Assembly (NCBI GenBank): GCA_965203965.1
Contig: CBDBDR010000017.1
Location: forward strand, 960,001 to 1,024,000
DNA from: Thermodesulfobacteriota bacterium
GTDB taxonomy: Bacteria; Desulfobacterota_D; UBA1144; Nemesobacterales; JAJCZQ01
Direction: 5' to 3'
DNA length: 64,000 nucleotides
The position numbers and the translations under genes are program-made. Shown in pieces: positions 42,599 through 51,731 of the stretch. Position 1 is the stretch's first letter. Each line of letters starts with the position of its first letter. The notes below the pieces were generated by a model. That model ran no database searches. It had not been told where the DNA came from and worked only from the letters and a program-made list of their open reading frames with translations.

Positions 42599-43326
42599 TT
42601 TGGGATATTCGCATCCCGAACTTCTATAAATTCCATTATAATGCCGAACCCCTTTATATTTGCAGTCAAGCTCTTCAAAAACCCGGTTTCAAGGTTGAAA
42701 TTGTAGTTCAATTTTACTCCCACCTTATTGTTATGATCAGCATACGGTGATACTATTTTATACCTGTAAATAAAGGTCTTCTCGTTACTCTTCACTGCAA
42801 CACTGTATGGCTTACCCAGCAAAGCAAGGATTTTGTTAGTGGAGAATATTTCAGATTTGTCTTCAATTTTATATCTGGAACGCAACTCCCTATCTCTTTT
42901 TTTTACTTGTCCTTCGCCAAAAGCCTGAATGAACTTCCTGAGCATGGTTTTTGGAATGTATTGTATAAATCTTTTAGGAAACACAACCACTTTTAACTTC
43001 TCATTTTCAAATTCCAGCTTCAACGCAATATCAAATTTTTTCCTTTCACTAATTGCATCACTGTATCTCTTTTCAAGTTGATACACCCACTTTATCTCGG
43101 ACTGCTTCGTCGTTGGTTCAGCTGCCATAAAGGATGTTATATCCTTCTTGTTCAAAAGCGGTTTTAAGAATATCAGAGAGAGTTCCTTGTTATTAGCTAT
43201 TTTAAAATTGTCATCAAAATTTGCTGCTTGATTTTTAACTCTCCACAATTTTATAAACAAACAGCCTGTGGTGAAAAAAACCAGACAAAGAAAAATTACA
43301 AACCACCTTTTAGATCTGAATTTCAT
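42595..43326 (-). CDS. Hypothetical lipoprotein
   Basis: Basic N-terminus, hydrophobic stretch and a TTGC lipobox; overlaps the ispE start. Confidence 0.65.
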   Translation of the reverse strand: MKFRSKRWFVIFLCLVFFTTGCLFIKLWRVKNQAANFDDNFKIANNKELSLIFLKPLLNKKDITSFMAAEPTTKQSEIKWVYQLEKRYSDAISERKKFDIALKLEFENEKLKVVVFPKRFIQYIPKTMLRKFIQAFGEGQVKKRDRELRSRYKIEDKSEIFSTNKILALLGKPYSVAVKSNEKTFIYRYKIVSPYADHNNKVGVKLNYNFNLETGFLKSLTANIKGFGIIMEFIEVRDANIPK

Positions 43327-43384
43327 AAAAACTTTTCCATAATGACAACTAACTTTTTACGCTAATTGATATTATATTTTAAGT

Positions 43385-43774
43385 ATGTTTATAAAACTAA
43401 TCTCAATTTTCATTATTGTCCCGCTGGTTGAGCTTGCCATATTGATAAAAGCAAGTTCATATATTGGATTGTGGAACACAATCCTCATTGTTATCCTGAC
43501 AGGAATTTTAGGGGCAGCACTAACAAAACATCAGGGATTTATGGTTCTCAATAAGATAAGAGCAACTGCAAGCAGGGGCAGAGTACCCTCGCAGGAGCTA
43601 ATAGATGGATTTTTAGTGCTTGCAGGTGGTATTGTTCTTTTGACCCCGGGTTTTCTGACGGATATATGCGGATTTTTACTACTGATTCCGTGGACAAGGT
43701 CTTTATTCAAAAAATTTGTAAGTATTCAACTCGGCAAATACGCTGACTACAAAACCTCAATTACAGTCGAATAA
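43385..43774 (+). CDS. fxsA: FxsA family membrane protein
   Basis: VPLVELAIL, QG, LLTPGFLTD. Confidence 0.92.
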   Translation: MFIKLISIFIIVPLVELAILIKASSYIGLWNTILIVILTGILGAALTKHQGFMVLNKIRATASRGRVPSQELIDGFLVLAGGIVLLTPGFLTDICGFLLLIPWTRSLFKKFVSIQLGKYADYKTSITVE

Positions 43775-43856
43775 AGAACGGGAGTGTTACCAACCCCTGT
43801 TTATTGGAAACACTCCCGTCTCATTAAAGGAGGATTAAAGATGATTCTTATGTTAC
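43773..43856 (-). ncRNA. Candidate sRNA with an anti-Shine-Dalgarno motif
   Basis: TTGACT-N17-TATTCT promoter (43891-43863), body contains AAUCCUCCUUU, ends at the 43778-43819 hairpin. Confidence 0.45.
43778..43819. terminator. Strong hairpin after fxsA; intrinsic terminator with its U-tail on the minus strand
   Basis: ACGGGAGTGTT...AACACTCCCGT 11-bp stem plus CCAA/TTGG; the minus strand continues TCTTT. Confidence 0.6.
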
Positions 43857-43933
43857 GTCTATAGAATAAATCAAATCAGATACAAAGTCAAGGAAAAATT
43901 AAATTTTTGACTTAATATTGTGAAAAAAGAAAA

Positions 43934-43980
43934 ATACTACATGTAGTTGTCATTTATAATTTAACCACTATATATCGATA
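43934..43980. promoter_or_regulatory. Tandem NrdR-box-like sites
   Basis: ATACTACATGTAGTTG (43934-43949) and CCACTATATATCGATA (43965-43980) fit acaCwAtATaTwGtgt; starts are 31 bp apart with TATAAT between them. Confidence 0.55.
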
Positions 43981-44192
43981 ATTATAAAAATATTCCCGTT
44001 TAAGAAGTCTTTTCGCAAAATTTTCAGCACAGTTTTTTAAGTTCTGCCTTTAAGACTTGAACGGCTCATGGTTGATACTATGTTACAGGTAAGGAGTTTT
44101 GAATGTATATTACAAGTTTCTGCAACCTAATTGTTGCAATTTATATACTTTTTTTTCACTTACCTTGTGGTTGGAGACTTCCACCACTCCGG

Positions 44193-45371
44193 TCAAGTCC
44201 TATATTGGGAGTTTATCCTCACGTATTCAGAAGTTAGATCACTTGTTAAGACGTATGAGTTTCCCACGCCTTCTTTAAGTTTGAGTGTCACGGTAAATTT
44301 TGGCTTTTTAAACACTCTGGCAAATTTTGATTCGGGTTGAAACTGCTCACCATCCTTCACCACCTTTTTATCATCAAAAAACATTTCTATTTTATCAGGA
44401 TTGAAGTTGACCCCTGCTCTTCCTGCAGCAGCTAGTATGCGTCCCCAGTTAGGATCCTGTCCGTAAAACGCCGTTTTTACAAGCTGGGAGTTGGCAATTG
44501 CTCTAGCAATTTTCCCTGCTTCCTTGTCTGTTCTAGCTTCTTTAACCTCAACTTTTACTACCTTTGTAGAACCTTCTCCATCCTTGACAATTAACTCCGC
44601 AATTTCTGAGTTCAAATCAGTCAGCGCACGTTCCAACTTACCATAATGACTGCTCTTAAGCGTTATTTCATTATTGCCGAGCATACCGTTTGCAAGAGCT
44701 ATTACCGAATCGTTTGTCGAAGTATCTCCATCAACAATAATTTTATTAAAAGAATTTTCCACTGAATTAACAAGAGCTTTTTTCAGGGCAGTTTTATTGA
44801 CGTTAATATCTGTAATTATAAAACAAAGCATTGTGGCCATTTTGGGAGAGATCATTCCAGCACCTTTTCCAACAGCTGCTATCGTGCCTGTTTTATTGGC
44901 TATTTTAAGCTGTCTTTGGGCAAATTTGGGGAATTTATCTGTGGTCATTATTGCTTCTGCCATTTCTTCAAGTCCGATAGGTTCCATGTTGGATAACAAG
45001 TTCGGAAGAGATTTTTTTATTTTGGAAAGGGGAAGTTGTCCACCGATCAAACCTGTTGATGCAGGAATTATAAGCTCTTCCTCAATTCCGAGCAAACTTG
45101 ACAGGTAGGTGGTTGACAAAGAAGCATTTTGATACCCTCTGGAACCCGTGAAAGCATTTGCAACACCACTGTTTATTAGCAAAGCCTGACACGTTCCCTG
45201 CTTGATCCTCTCTCGTCCTAAAAGCACGGGAGCAGCTTTGACAATATTGGTGGTAAAAACCCCTGCCGCCTTTGCTGGCATCTCGGAATAGATTAAAGCA
45301 AGGTCTTTTTTCCTGCTTTTTTTTATTCCTGAATATACACTACTGAATTGAAAACCTGGAACTTGTATCAT
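44193..45371 (-). CDS. argJ: Ornithine acetyltransferase / N-acetylglutamate synthase
   Basis: IMTTD, KGAGMISPKMATML autocleavage site, DTSTND, DGEG, DPNWGR. Confidence 0.97.
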   Translation of the reverse strand: MIQVPGFQFSSVYSGIKKSRKKDLALIYSEMPAKAAGVFTTNIVKAAPVLLGRERIKQGTCQALLINSGVANAFTGSRGYQNASLSTTYLSSLLGIEEELIIPASTGLIGGQLPLSKIKKSLPNLLSNMEPIGLEEMAEAIMTTDKFPKFAQRQLKIANKTGTIAAVGKGAGMISPKMATMLCFIITDINVNKTALKKALVNSVENSFNKIIVDGDTSTNDSVIALANGMLGNNEITLKSSHYGKLERALTDLNSEIAELIVKDGEGSTKVVKVEVKEARTDKEAGKIARAIANSQLVKTAFYGQDPNWGRILAAAGRAGVNFNPDKIEMFFDDKKVVKDGEQFQPESKFARVFKKPKFTVTLKLKEGVGNSYVLTSDLTSEYVRINSQYRT

Positions 45372-45522
45372 TATCTACCTGCCTCAAAGGAAAATGGAAA
45401 CCTGTTAATAACATTCAAATTTAACTAACTGACACACTTTACAGAACCAACTTGCAGTATTTATGTTAGAATAAGATTATATGCTTCCGCTTATAATCTC
45501 AAATTTTACCAATAAACAAGAA

Positions 45523-46221
45523 TTAAAAAGACACTTTGCCGAGAAAGTCGGATGTCTTAAATTTTTTCTCAACATGGTGTTCAATGTAACTTGTAAGCAC
45601 TTTTGTATTGTGAACGGTTTTGCTCGGGAAAATTTCCATAAGTTCCGGTTTAGTAACAATATCCACATATAACACCTTGTATCTGTCGTTTAATGTCCTT
45701 TCTAACTTTTCATATAAACTCCCATCTGTTATATCAAGAATTACCTCTTCAAGATCGCAACTTTCAAAATCCGGCTTTATACCATTTATCTCAAGCAGCA
45801 CCAACTGAAACTTCAACAGTGTAGACACCAGATTACTACCTTTGTTTACAAGCTCAAAAACCTTAATGCTTTCGTTAAACAACTCTTCATTCTGCTGACA
45901 TTCATGGGTAAAAAAATCAACATTTTCAAGAATGAAGCTCGCAAATGCAAAAGATTCAAGACTGTTTATCATATTTGAATAAGCACTTACCAATGTAACA
46001 TGGTTCAGAACGTTAAACCTATTTTTGTTAATGGATATATCTGCTTTGAGAACAAGAAAAGGCTCCAGCATGCCCCCAAACCTCTTTTGGCTTTTTTTTG
46101 CATTTCTCGCAATTACCCTGACCTTTCCATACTTTTTTGTAAAAAGTGTTACCAGATAATCCGATTCGCCGTAAACCGATTTTCTTATAACTAATGCTTC
46201 ACATTCTTCCATCATCTGCAC
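45523..46221 (-). CDS. recO: DNA repair protein RecO
   Basis: YGESDYLVTLFT..GKV..ARNAKKSQKRFGG.LEPF OB fold. Confidence 0.88.
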   Translation of the reverse strand: MQMMEECEALVIRKSVYGESDYLVTLFTKKYGKVRVIARNAKKSQKRFGGMLEPFLVLKADISINKNRFNVLNHVTLVSAYSNMINSLESFAFASFILENVDFFTHECQQNEELFNESIKVFELVNKGSNLVSTLLKFQLVLLEINGIKPDFESCDLEEVILDITDGSLYEKLERTLNDRYKVLYVDIVTKPELMEIFPSKTVHNTKVLTSYIEHHVEKKFKTSDFLGKVSF

Positions 46222-46224
46222 CGT

Positions 46225-47595
46225 TTAAAAAAGGAGCATGGCTATAAGCAGGTAAAACAATGAACCGAATATATCGTTGGACATCGTGAGAAATGGCCCC
46301 GAGGATACTGCAGGATCAAACCCTGTTTTTAGTAACACTATTGGAGCTACCACTCCAATCAGGGAAGTAGCAATTGTAGCGGATAGCATGGCAAGAAACA
46401 CTGCAAGTCCAAGCCTCAACACCTGCGGTTCACTAAAGCTAATCAGAATACCAATGATAGAAGAAATAAGCCCACAGACAATTCCGAGAGATAATCCAAC
46501 AGTTACTTCCGAAAGCATGAGATTAAATATCTGTTTTACCCTGATTGTGCCCATGCCAAGACTCCTGACCATAATAGTGGTAGTCTGAAGTCCCACGTTA
46601 CCTCCAGTTGCCATTATCGCTGGCATAAAAGCCGCAAGTATTGCTACTTTCTGCAAAGTTGGTTCAAAAACTTTTATTATTACAAGTGCAATCAACAATT
46701 CCCCAACCAGTGTCAGGAGTAGCCATGGAGTTCTTGCTTTAACTCTTTCATAAGCGGGCGTATAGATCGGGTGAAGATGCTCTTTTAATCCCGCAAACTG
46801 GAACATGTCTTCCTCTGCCTCTTCCATAATAACATCTATTACGTCATCTGAGGTTATACGTCCCAGGAGGATTTTTTTGTCGTCAACGACTGGAAGCGTT
46901 GCAAGATCATATTTTTTAAATATTTTGGCGACCTCTTCCTGGTCTATACGCGGAGTGACGGAAACTTCAATACTATCCATTACGGACTTCACAGATGAAT
47001 TGGTGTTGGCAACTATCAACTTGTGAAGAGGTATAAATCCAAGGAGAACCCCAGATTTGTCCGTTACAAATATCCCACGAAAATTCTCCAGGTCATCAAC
47101 AATTAAACGTACCCAGTTAATAGCATCTCTTACATTGCTATCGTCCGTAATTTTAGCAAGCTCAGTCTGCATAATCCCGCCAGCTGTGTCATCTGGATAC
47201 TTGAGAAGTGATTCAACGTCTTTCGCCTCATCAGGATCCATTTTGGAAAAAACACTGTCTGCTTTTTGGTTGGGCAACTCACCGATAAGGTCTGCCGCAT
47301 CATCAGATTCCATTTCATCGGCAATATCAGCAATTTTTTCCTCATCAAGTTCGGTTATTATCTCCTCACGTTGCTTACTATCTAACTCAAAATAAATCTG
47401 TGAGGCAGTTTCAGGATTAAGTGAGTTGAGGATGAACGACTGCTTTGCGGGATCAATGTTCTGAATTATTGAGGCAATGGAAGAATGATGTATGTTCGCG
47501 AGCCTATTTTTAATGGCATCGCCGTTGCCATCTTCTATGTATTTGTTTATCTCATTTGTCAGATTTTTTATTTCCATTTTTGCATCATTTTTCAA
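46225..47595 (-). CDS. mgtE: Magnesium transporter MgtE
   Basis: DDAAD, TAGGIM, CBS pair, PWL, GGNVG.Q, DPAVSSGPF. Start may be ATG 47577. Confidence 0.95.
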   Translation of the reverse strand: MKNDAKMEIKNLTNEINKYIEDGNGDAIKNRLANIHHSSIASIIQNIDPAKQSFILNSLNPETASQIYFELDSKQREEIITELDEEKIADIADEMESDDAADLIGELPNQKADSVFSKMDPDEAKDVESLLKYPDDTAGGIMQTELAKITDDSNVRDAINWVRLIVDDLENFRGIFVTDKSGVLLGFIPLHKLIVANTNSSVKSVMDSIEVSVTPRIDQEEVAKIFKKYDLATLPVVDDKKILLGRITSDDVIDVIMEEAEEDMFQFAGLKEHLHPIYTPAYERVKARTPWLLLTLVGELLIALVIIKVFEPTLQKVAILAAFMPAIMATGGNVGLQTTTIMVRSLGMGTIRVKQIFNLMLSEVTVGLSLGIVCGLISSIIGILISFSEPQVLRLGLAVFLAMLSATIATSLIGVVAPIVLLKTGFDPAVSSGPFLTMSNDIFGSLFYLLIAMLLF

Positions 47596-47850
47596 ATTTC
47601 AAACTTCTAACCATCTGTTCTTGAATTTTCCGCAGTGTCTTTTTGAAAGTCAGATTTGTGCAAAACAGGACAGTTCAGGCTTTCGTGCCCCCACTGAAAG
47701 GGTGTTAATTTGTGTCAAAGAAACAAAGTAACTGTTAAACGTGTTTGAAATTGTTTGCAACTCGTTTAGTTTTAGTAATAAATGCTATGCAAGCAGGTAT
47801 AGAAAGTCAATCAGTCCGATGTCTGAAATTCATCCCGCAAGGAGAAAACA

Positions 47851-48333
47851 ATACTGAAATCCAATAAACCGACTGTCTATCTGGCAAACCCCTATGGGTT
47901 TTCCGCACAACAGAAAGAGTTTATTCTGCCGCAGATAGTTGAGATTCTTGAAAGTGTGGGCGTTGAGGTATGGGAACCTTTTGAAAGAAACAACCAAAAG
48001 GATTTTTCAAAAACAGGATGGGCTTACGAAACAGGACAGGCCGATTCCAGAGATGTGCGCGATTCTGACGCTACTTTCGCCGTGGTAAACGGAGCACCAC
48101 CAGATGAAGGAGTTTGCGTTGAACTGGGAATGGCGATAGCTCTTGGTAAACCGACCTTCCTTTTCCGCGATGATTTTCGCAGGGTTACGGATTGTGAACA
48201 ATACCCACTGAACCTGATGCTGTTCACGGGACTACCCGAAAAAAACTGGCAGGATTACTATTACACTTCGCTGGACGAGATAAAATTGCCGAATAAGGGG
48301 TTTGTGAAATGGGTGAGAGAATGGCGGTATTAG
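47851..48333 (+). CDS. Nucleoside 2-deoxyribosyltransferase family protein with a non-canonical start
   Basis: VYLANPYGFS lies in frame upstream of the called start at 47956; DEGVCVELGMA motif. In-frame TGA at 47824; ATA 47851 or CTG 47854 after AAGGAG. Confidence 0.8.
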   Translation: MLKSNKPTVYLANPYGFSAQQKEFILPQIVEILESVGVEVWEPFERNNQKDFSKTGWAYETGQADSRDVRDSDATFAVVNGAPPDEGVCVELGMAIALGKPTFLFRDDFRRVTDCEQYPLNLMLFTGLPEKNWQDYYYTSLDEIKLPNKGFVKWVREWRY

Positions 48334-48444
48334 TTCCGCAATTCTGATGGACATGATACTTAGCTCATTTTAACCCTCGGCGTCGTGTAACTTAATACCA
48401 CCAATCAATAATACTTTGACAAATACCGTAATTGTATCTCCTTA

Positions 48445-48837
48445 CTACCCAATCACTTTATCTTTCAATAGTTCGCGAACGCGGTCGTTTTCTTCTGTGG
48501 CTATAGCAACAAGGGAGTGTTCCCCCTCTCGTTTTATTATATGCATGCTACGGATGTTTATGCCTGAATCTCTCAGGTTCCCTGCCACTTTTGCGAGCGA
48601 GCCCGGTTTGTTTTTCAGTTTAATAACAAGTGCGTCTTCCGATACCACCTTGAATCCCGCGTCATTCAAGACTTTCAGGGCTTCATCATAATTGTCAGTC
48701 GTCAAAATTACTGCTCCGTGAGATTTTGAACCGCTTGTGTCAAGCTGCTCAATGTTAATTCCCCTCTCGGACAGAACTTGACTTATGTCTGCTATCACTC
48801 CCATTTTATTGTTGGCTACAACCACTATCTGTTTCAT
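48445..48837 (-). CDS. Tandem ACT-domain protein
   Basis: NKMGVIADISQVL..GINI and NKPGSLAKV..L..GINI repeats; ATGA overlap with hdc. Confidence 0.85.
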   Translation of the reverse strand: MKQIVVVANNKMGVIADISQVLSERGINIEQLDTSGSKSHGAVILTTDNYDEALKVLNDAGFKVVSEDALVIKLKNKPGSLAKVAGNLRDSGINIRSMHIIKREGEHSLVAIATEENDRVRELLKDKVIG

Positions 48838-50033
48838 CTTTCGGATTTTCTCCTTTTTTTTGCAAGGTCATGGGAAATTTCTTTCACGGCAGTTTCTATT
48901 TTTGCGCGACTCAGATGGGGAAGGGTAATAATGTGCGATATGTCATCCTTTGATGCTAGTTGCCATTTTTCCACAACTTTTTCCGAAGGCTTTGGAAAAA
49001 CCACAGTCAAGGAGTTTTCGTTCATCCAAGCCTTCACTCTGTTTTCCCTAAACCTTCTCACCGCAAACTCTGCTCGCTCAATTGATTCCCTGACGAGTTT
49101 TCTCAGTCCCGCCATGCCGTAGCGTTTTGCTGAATACCATAGGATGAGAGCGGCAAACGCGTTTCTTGAACCGCTGATTGTCGTGTCAAGAACACCCACA
49201 TACTCAATGTTTCGGGCTATGATGTTCACATTGTCCTTTTTCGCCAGAACCACACCGCATGGAAACGGGCTTCCAATCATCTTATGCCCGCTTATCGCTA
49301 TGCTATCCATTCCGGTCGGAAACCCAAATGGAGGAGGTTTCTTTACAAACGGTAGCACCATTCCGCTCAGCGCGGCATCACAGTGAATATAGGATTTTGT
49401 TATGGCGAGTTCAGAAAGTATAGAGCGTATTTCTCCGATGTCATCCACCGCGCCCTTCATTGTGGTTCCCACAGTCGCCATTATAATTGTCGGACAGTCT
49501 CTGTGAATTCGCACGGTTTCCCTCAAATCCTCATAGTCAATCTCACCGCCGGGGGCACTTCTTATCATTATATGCCGAGCGTCCAGAAGTCGCATTATTT
49601 TGGGAACGCTGTAGTGAGTATCTTCGGAAAAATAGATAATTGCATCCTTACCCATAAGCTCCCTTGCGAGGTAAAGCCCATACATGTTTCCCTCGGTTCC
49701 CCCGCCCGTTATGTAGCCCCACCAATTACCATTGGGAGCTTTTGTTATGTTTGCGAAAAAGCCGAGTATCTCGCGTTCTATTGAGCGTGTATTAGTCCCA
49801 AAGTTCGTGTCGCCAAAAGGGTCTCCCACATTGTTAATGTGGAATTCCAGAAATCTGTAGAGCTCAGAATAGTCAAACACCATGTTGCAGGGATAGCCCG
49901 CATGTGTGCTCCGCGCTTCGCACAGATCATGGTAAAGCTCGTCAAGATACTTTCTGTCTTTCACGCTGAGAGGTTTTGTGTATTCCGGCAAATAGTCCGT
50001 GTTGGTTCTATTGCGGTTTGCAGTTCTGTTCAC
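48834..50033 (-). CDS. hdc: PLP-dependent histidine decarboxylase (group II)
   Basis: GYP, NNVGDPF, WGYITGGGTEGN, THYS, GTTMKGAVD, HCDAAL, SGHKMIGSPFPCG, GSRN. Confidence 0.8.
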   Translation of the reverse strand: MNRTANRNRTNTDYLPEYTKPLSVKDRKYLDELYHDLCEARSTHAGYPCNMVFDYSELYRFLEFHINNVGDPFGDTNFGTNTRSIEREILGFFANITKAPNGNWWGYITGGGTEGNMYGLYLARELMGKDAIIYFSEDTHYSVPKIMRLLDARHIMIRSAPGGEIDYEDLRETVRIHRDCPTIIMATVGTTMKGAVDDIGEIRSILSELAITKSYIHCDAALSGMVLPFVKKPPPFGFPTGMDSIAISGHKMIGSPFPCGVVLAKKDNVNIIARNIEYVGVLDTTISGSRNAFAALILWYSAKRYGMAGLRKLVRESIERAEFAVRRFRENRVKAWMNENSLTVVFPKPSEKVVEKWQLASKDDISHIITLPHLSRAKIETAVKEISHDLAKKRRKSER

Positions 50034-50381
50034 GGTTTTATTATACTATATTACGCAGTCAATCGTTTGGATCTTTCCAAAGTTTGAAGTTCCCCAGCAA
50101 GACTCTCTTGAATTGAATCGCGAGCGTAAGTTCCAATTATCCAAATGAACAATCTCCCCAAACTTCAACCCCCGAACACACCGTTCAGAACGACAGAAAC
50201 AGCTACTACTTACGGAACTGAGATAAGCGGTATAAAAAGAGACAGTTCCCATGAGCGGGTTGTGTCTTTCACTGCCATTATTTCAGTGTGATTCGTTGCC
50301 GCTCTATTCATCAAAAAGTGAACGTATTGCCCGGAGCAGCAGCACAGTTCACCAGAACCTCTGTCCCCTCTTGCAACAAAG

Positions 50382-51410
50382 TTACTCTCCCGCTATCTCC
50401 GACAGCGTTCTCAGTGAAAACTCCCTGTCAGGACTGAAATCCCTGAATATGAAATGATTGACTCCTGCTTTCTGATATTCTTCAATTCTTTTTACTACCT
50501 CGTCCGGCGTTCCAAATATGACAAAATCCGCTAGCATTTCTCGCGTGTAGTATTTTTCTCCCATCTCCCTGAATTTTCGTATCATCTCCGTGTCAGTTGG
50601 TAGCACTTTCGTATAGGAAAGCCCTTTGTATTTGTCCGCAATTTCAATGTTGTATCCCGCATCCGCAAGAAGTTCGGGCCACACAAGGGCATGCTTCACC
50701 GGCTCAATTGTTGCATAAGCTTCATCCGTGTTTTTTGCAACCGAGACGAACATAAAAATGCATTTCTCAAAGTTTGTGTTTGCGGATTTACCACCGACCG
50801 CTTCAAGTTTTTTCGAAAAAACGCGAGGAGGCATTGCATTTGTAACCCAACCGTCCCCGATTTCTCCGGCAATTTGAAGCGCTTTCGGCCCCGTCGCGGC
50901 AATATAAAGAGGAACTTTTTTATCAGCTCCCACAGGAGTTATGGTCAGGTTTGCTTTTTCAAGGCAGAAGAACTCTCCGTCAAAGTCCGTTCGTTCTCCC
51001 GTCCAAAGTTTTCTTATAACCTCCACGGACTCTTCAAGCCGTTTGAGCGGCTTGTTCCATTCAATCCCATAGGGATCTGTGTTCATTTTTTCCCCGTAAC
51101 CGAGGCAGGCGAATATTCTCCCTCCGGTAATGTGTGAAACGGTCGCAATTCGCTGGGCAAAAATAGCAGGATGAATCCGGTGTGGGTCGCCAATTGTTCC
51201 CATTTGTATTTTTGAAGTTGCTCCCGCCGCAGCGGTGATTACTGACCATGCTTCGGGCGTTTCCCTATCCGCGATAAAAACTACGTGGTCGGGAATCCAA
51301 AGGGAATCAAAACCTGTTTCTTCACATTTGACAATAAAATCAACAAGTCTGCCGACTGAAGTTCCAGGAACTGGGGCAGTTATTCCGAATTTTGTTTTGG
51401 TGGCCATCAT
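50382..51410 (-). CDS. LLM-class flavin/F420-dependent oxidoreductase
   Basis: GFDSLWIPDH, LGYGE, PLYIAATGPK...GDGW, GTPDEV. Confidence 0.85.
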   Translation of the reverse strand: MMATKTKFGITAPVPGTSVGRLVDFIVKCEETGFDSLWIPDHVVFIADRETPEAWSVITAAAGATSKIQMGTIGDPHRIHPAIFAQRIATVSHITGGRIFACLGYGEKMNTDPYGIEWNKPLKRLEESVEVIRKLWTGERTDFDGEFFCLEKANLTITPVGADKKVPLYIAATGPKALQIAGEIGDGWVTNAMPPRVFSKKLEAVGGKSANTNFEKCIFMFVSVAKNTDEAYATIEPVKHALVWPELLADAGYNIEIADKYKGLSYTKVLPTDTEMIRKFREMGEKYYTREMLADFVIFGTPDEVVKRIEEYQKAGVNHFIFRDFSPDREFSLRTLSEIAGE

Positions 51411-51731
51411 GGAATGAGTTTAACATAAGTAATTAAGTAGCATAATATATACACAGGCTGCCACATCGTTTTATTTAACAAAAATTCTCGTTCGTGGATG
51501 CCGTGATTGTTTACACCCAGTCCCGATCAAAAGCATGCTGTTGATCGTAAATCGTCAAGTAATACTTTCGGCATGAGTGTTGAGGAAATGACAATAAAGG
51601 GTGTTTTGATTTGTTTTCCTTTTTCTTCAGCTAAACCCATTGATTGCAAACTGACTTTTTGGGTTCTGCCATGTCTCTATTCCCTTTGAAATTCAGTCTT
51701 CCAATATAACTAATACTCTAACCTCCATACT

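Noticed and set aside
47596..47790. Possible M-box or c-di-GMP riboswitch upstream of mgtE (GGGGGCACGAAAGCC)
   Set aside because: The core consensus elements of either family could not be matched; it would need an Rfam scan.
51418..51445. GTTTAACATAA resembling the XerD arm of a dif site
   Set aside because: There is no XerC arm at 6-bp spacing, and the sequence is better explained as the extended -10 of the LLM gene.
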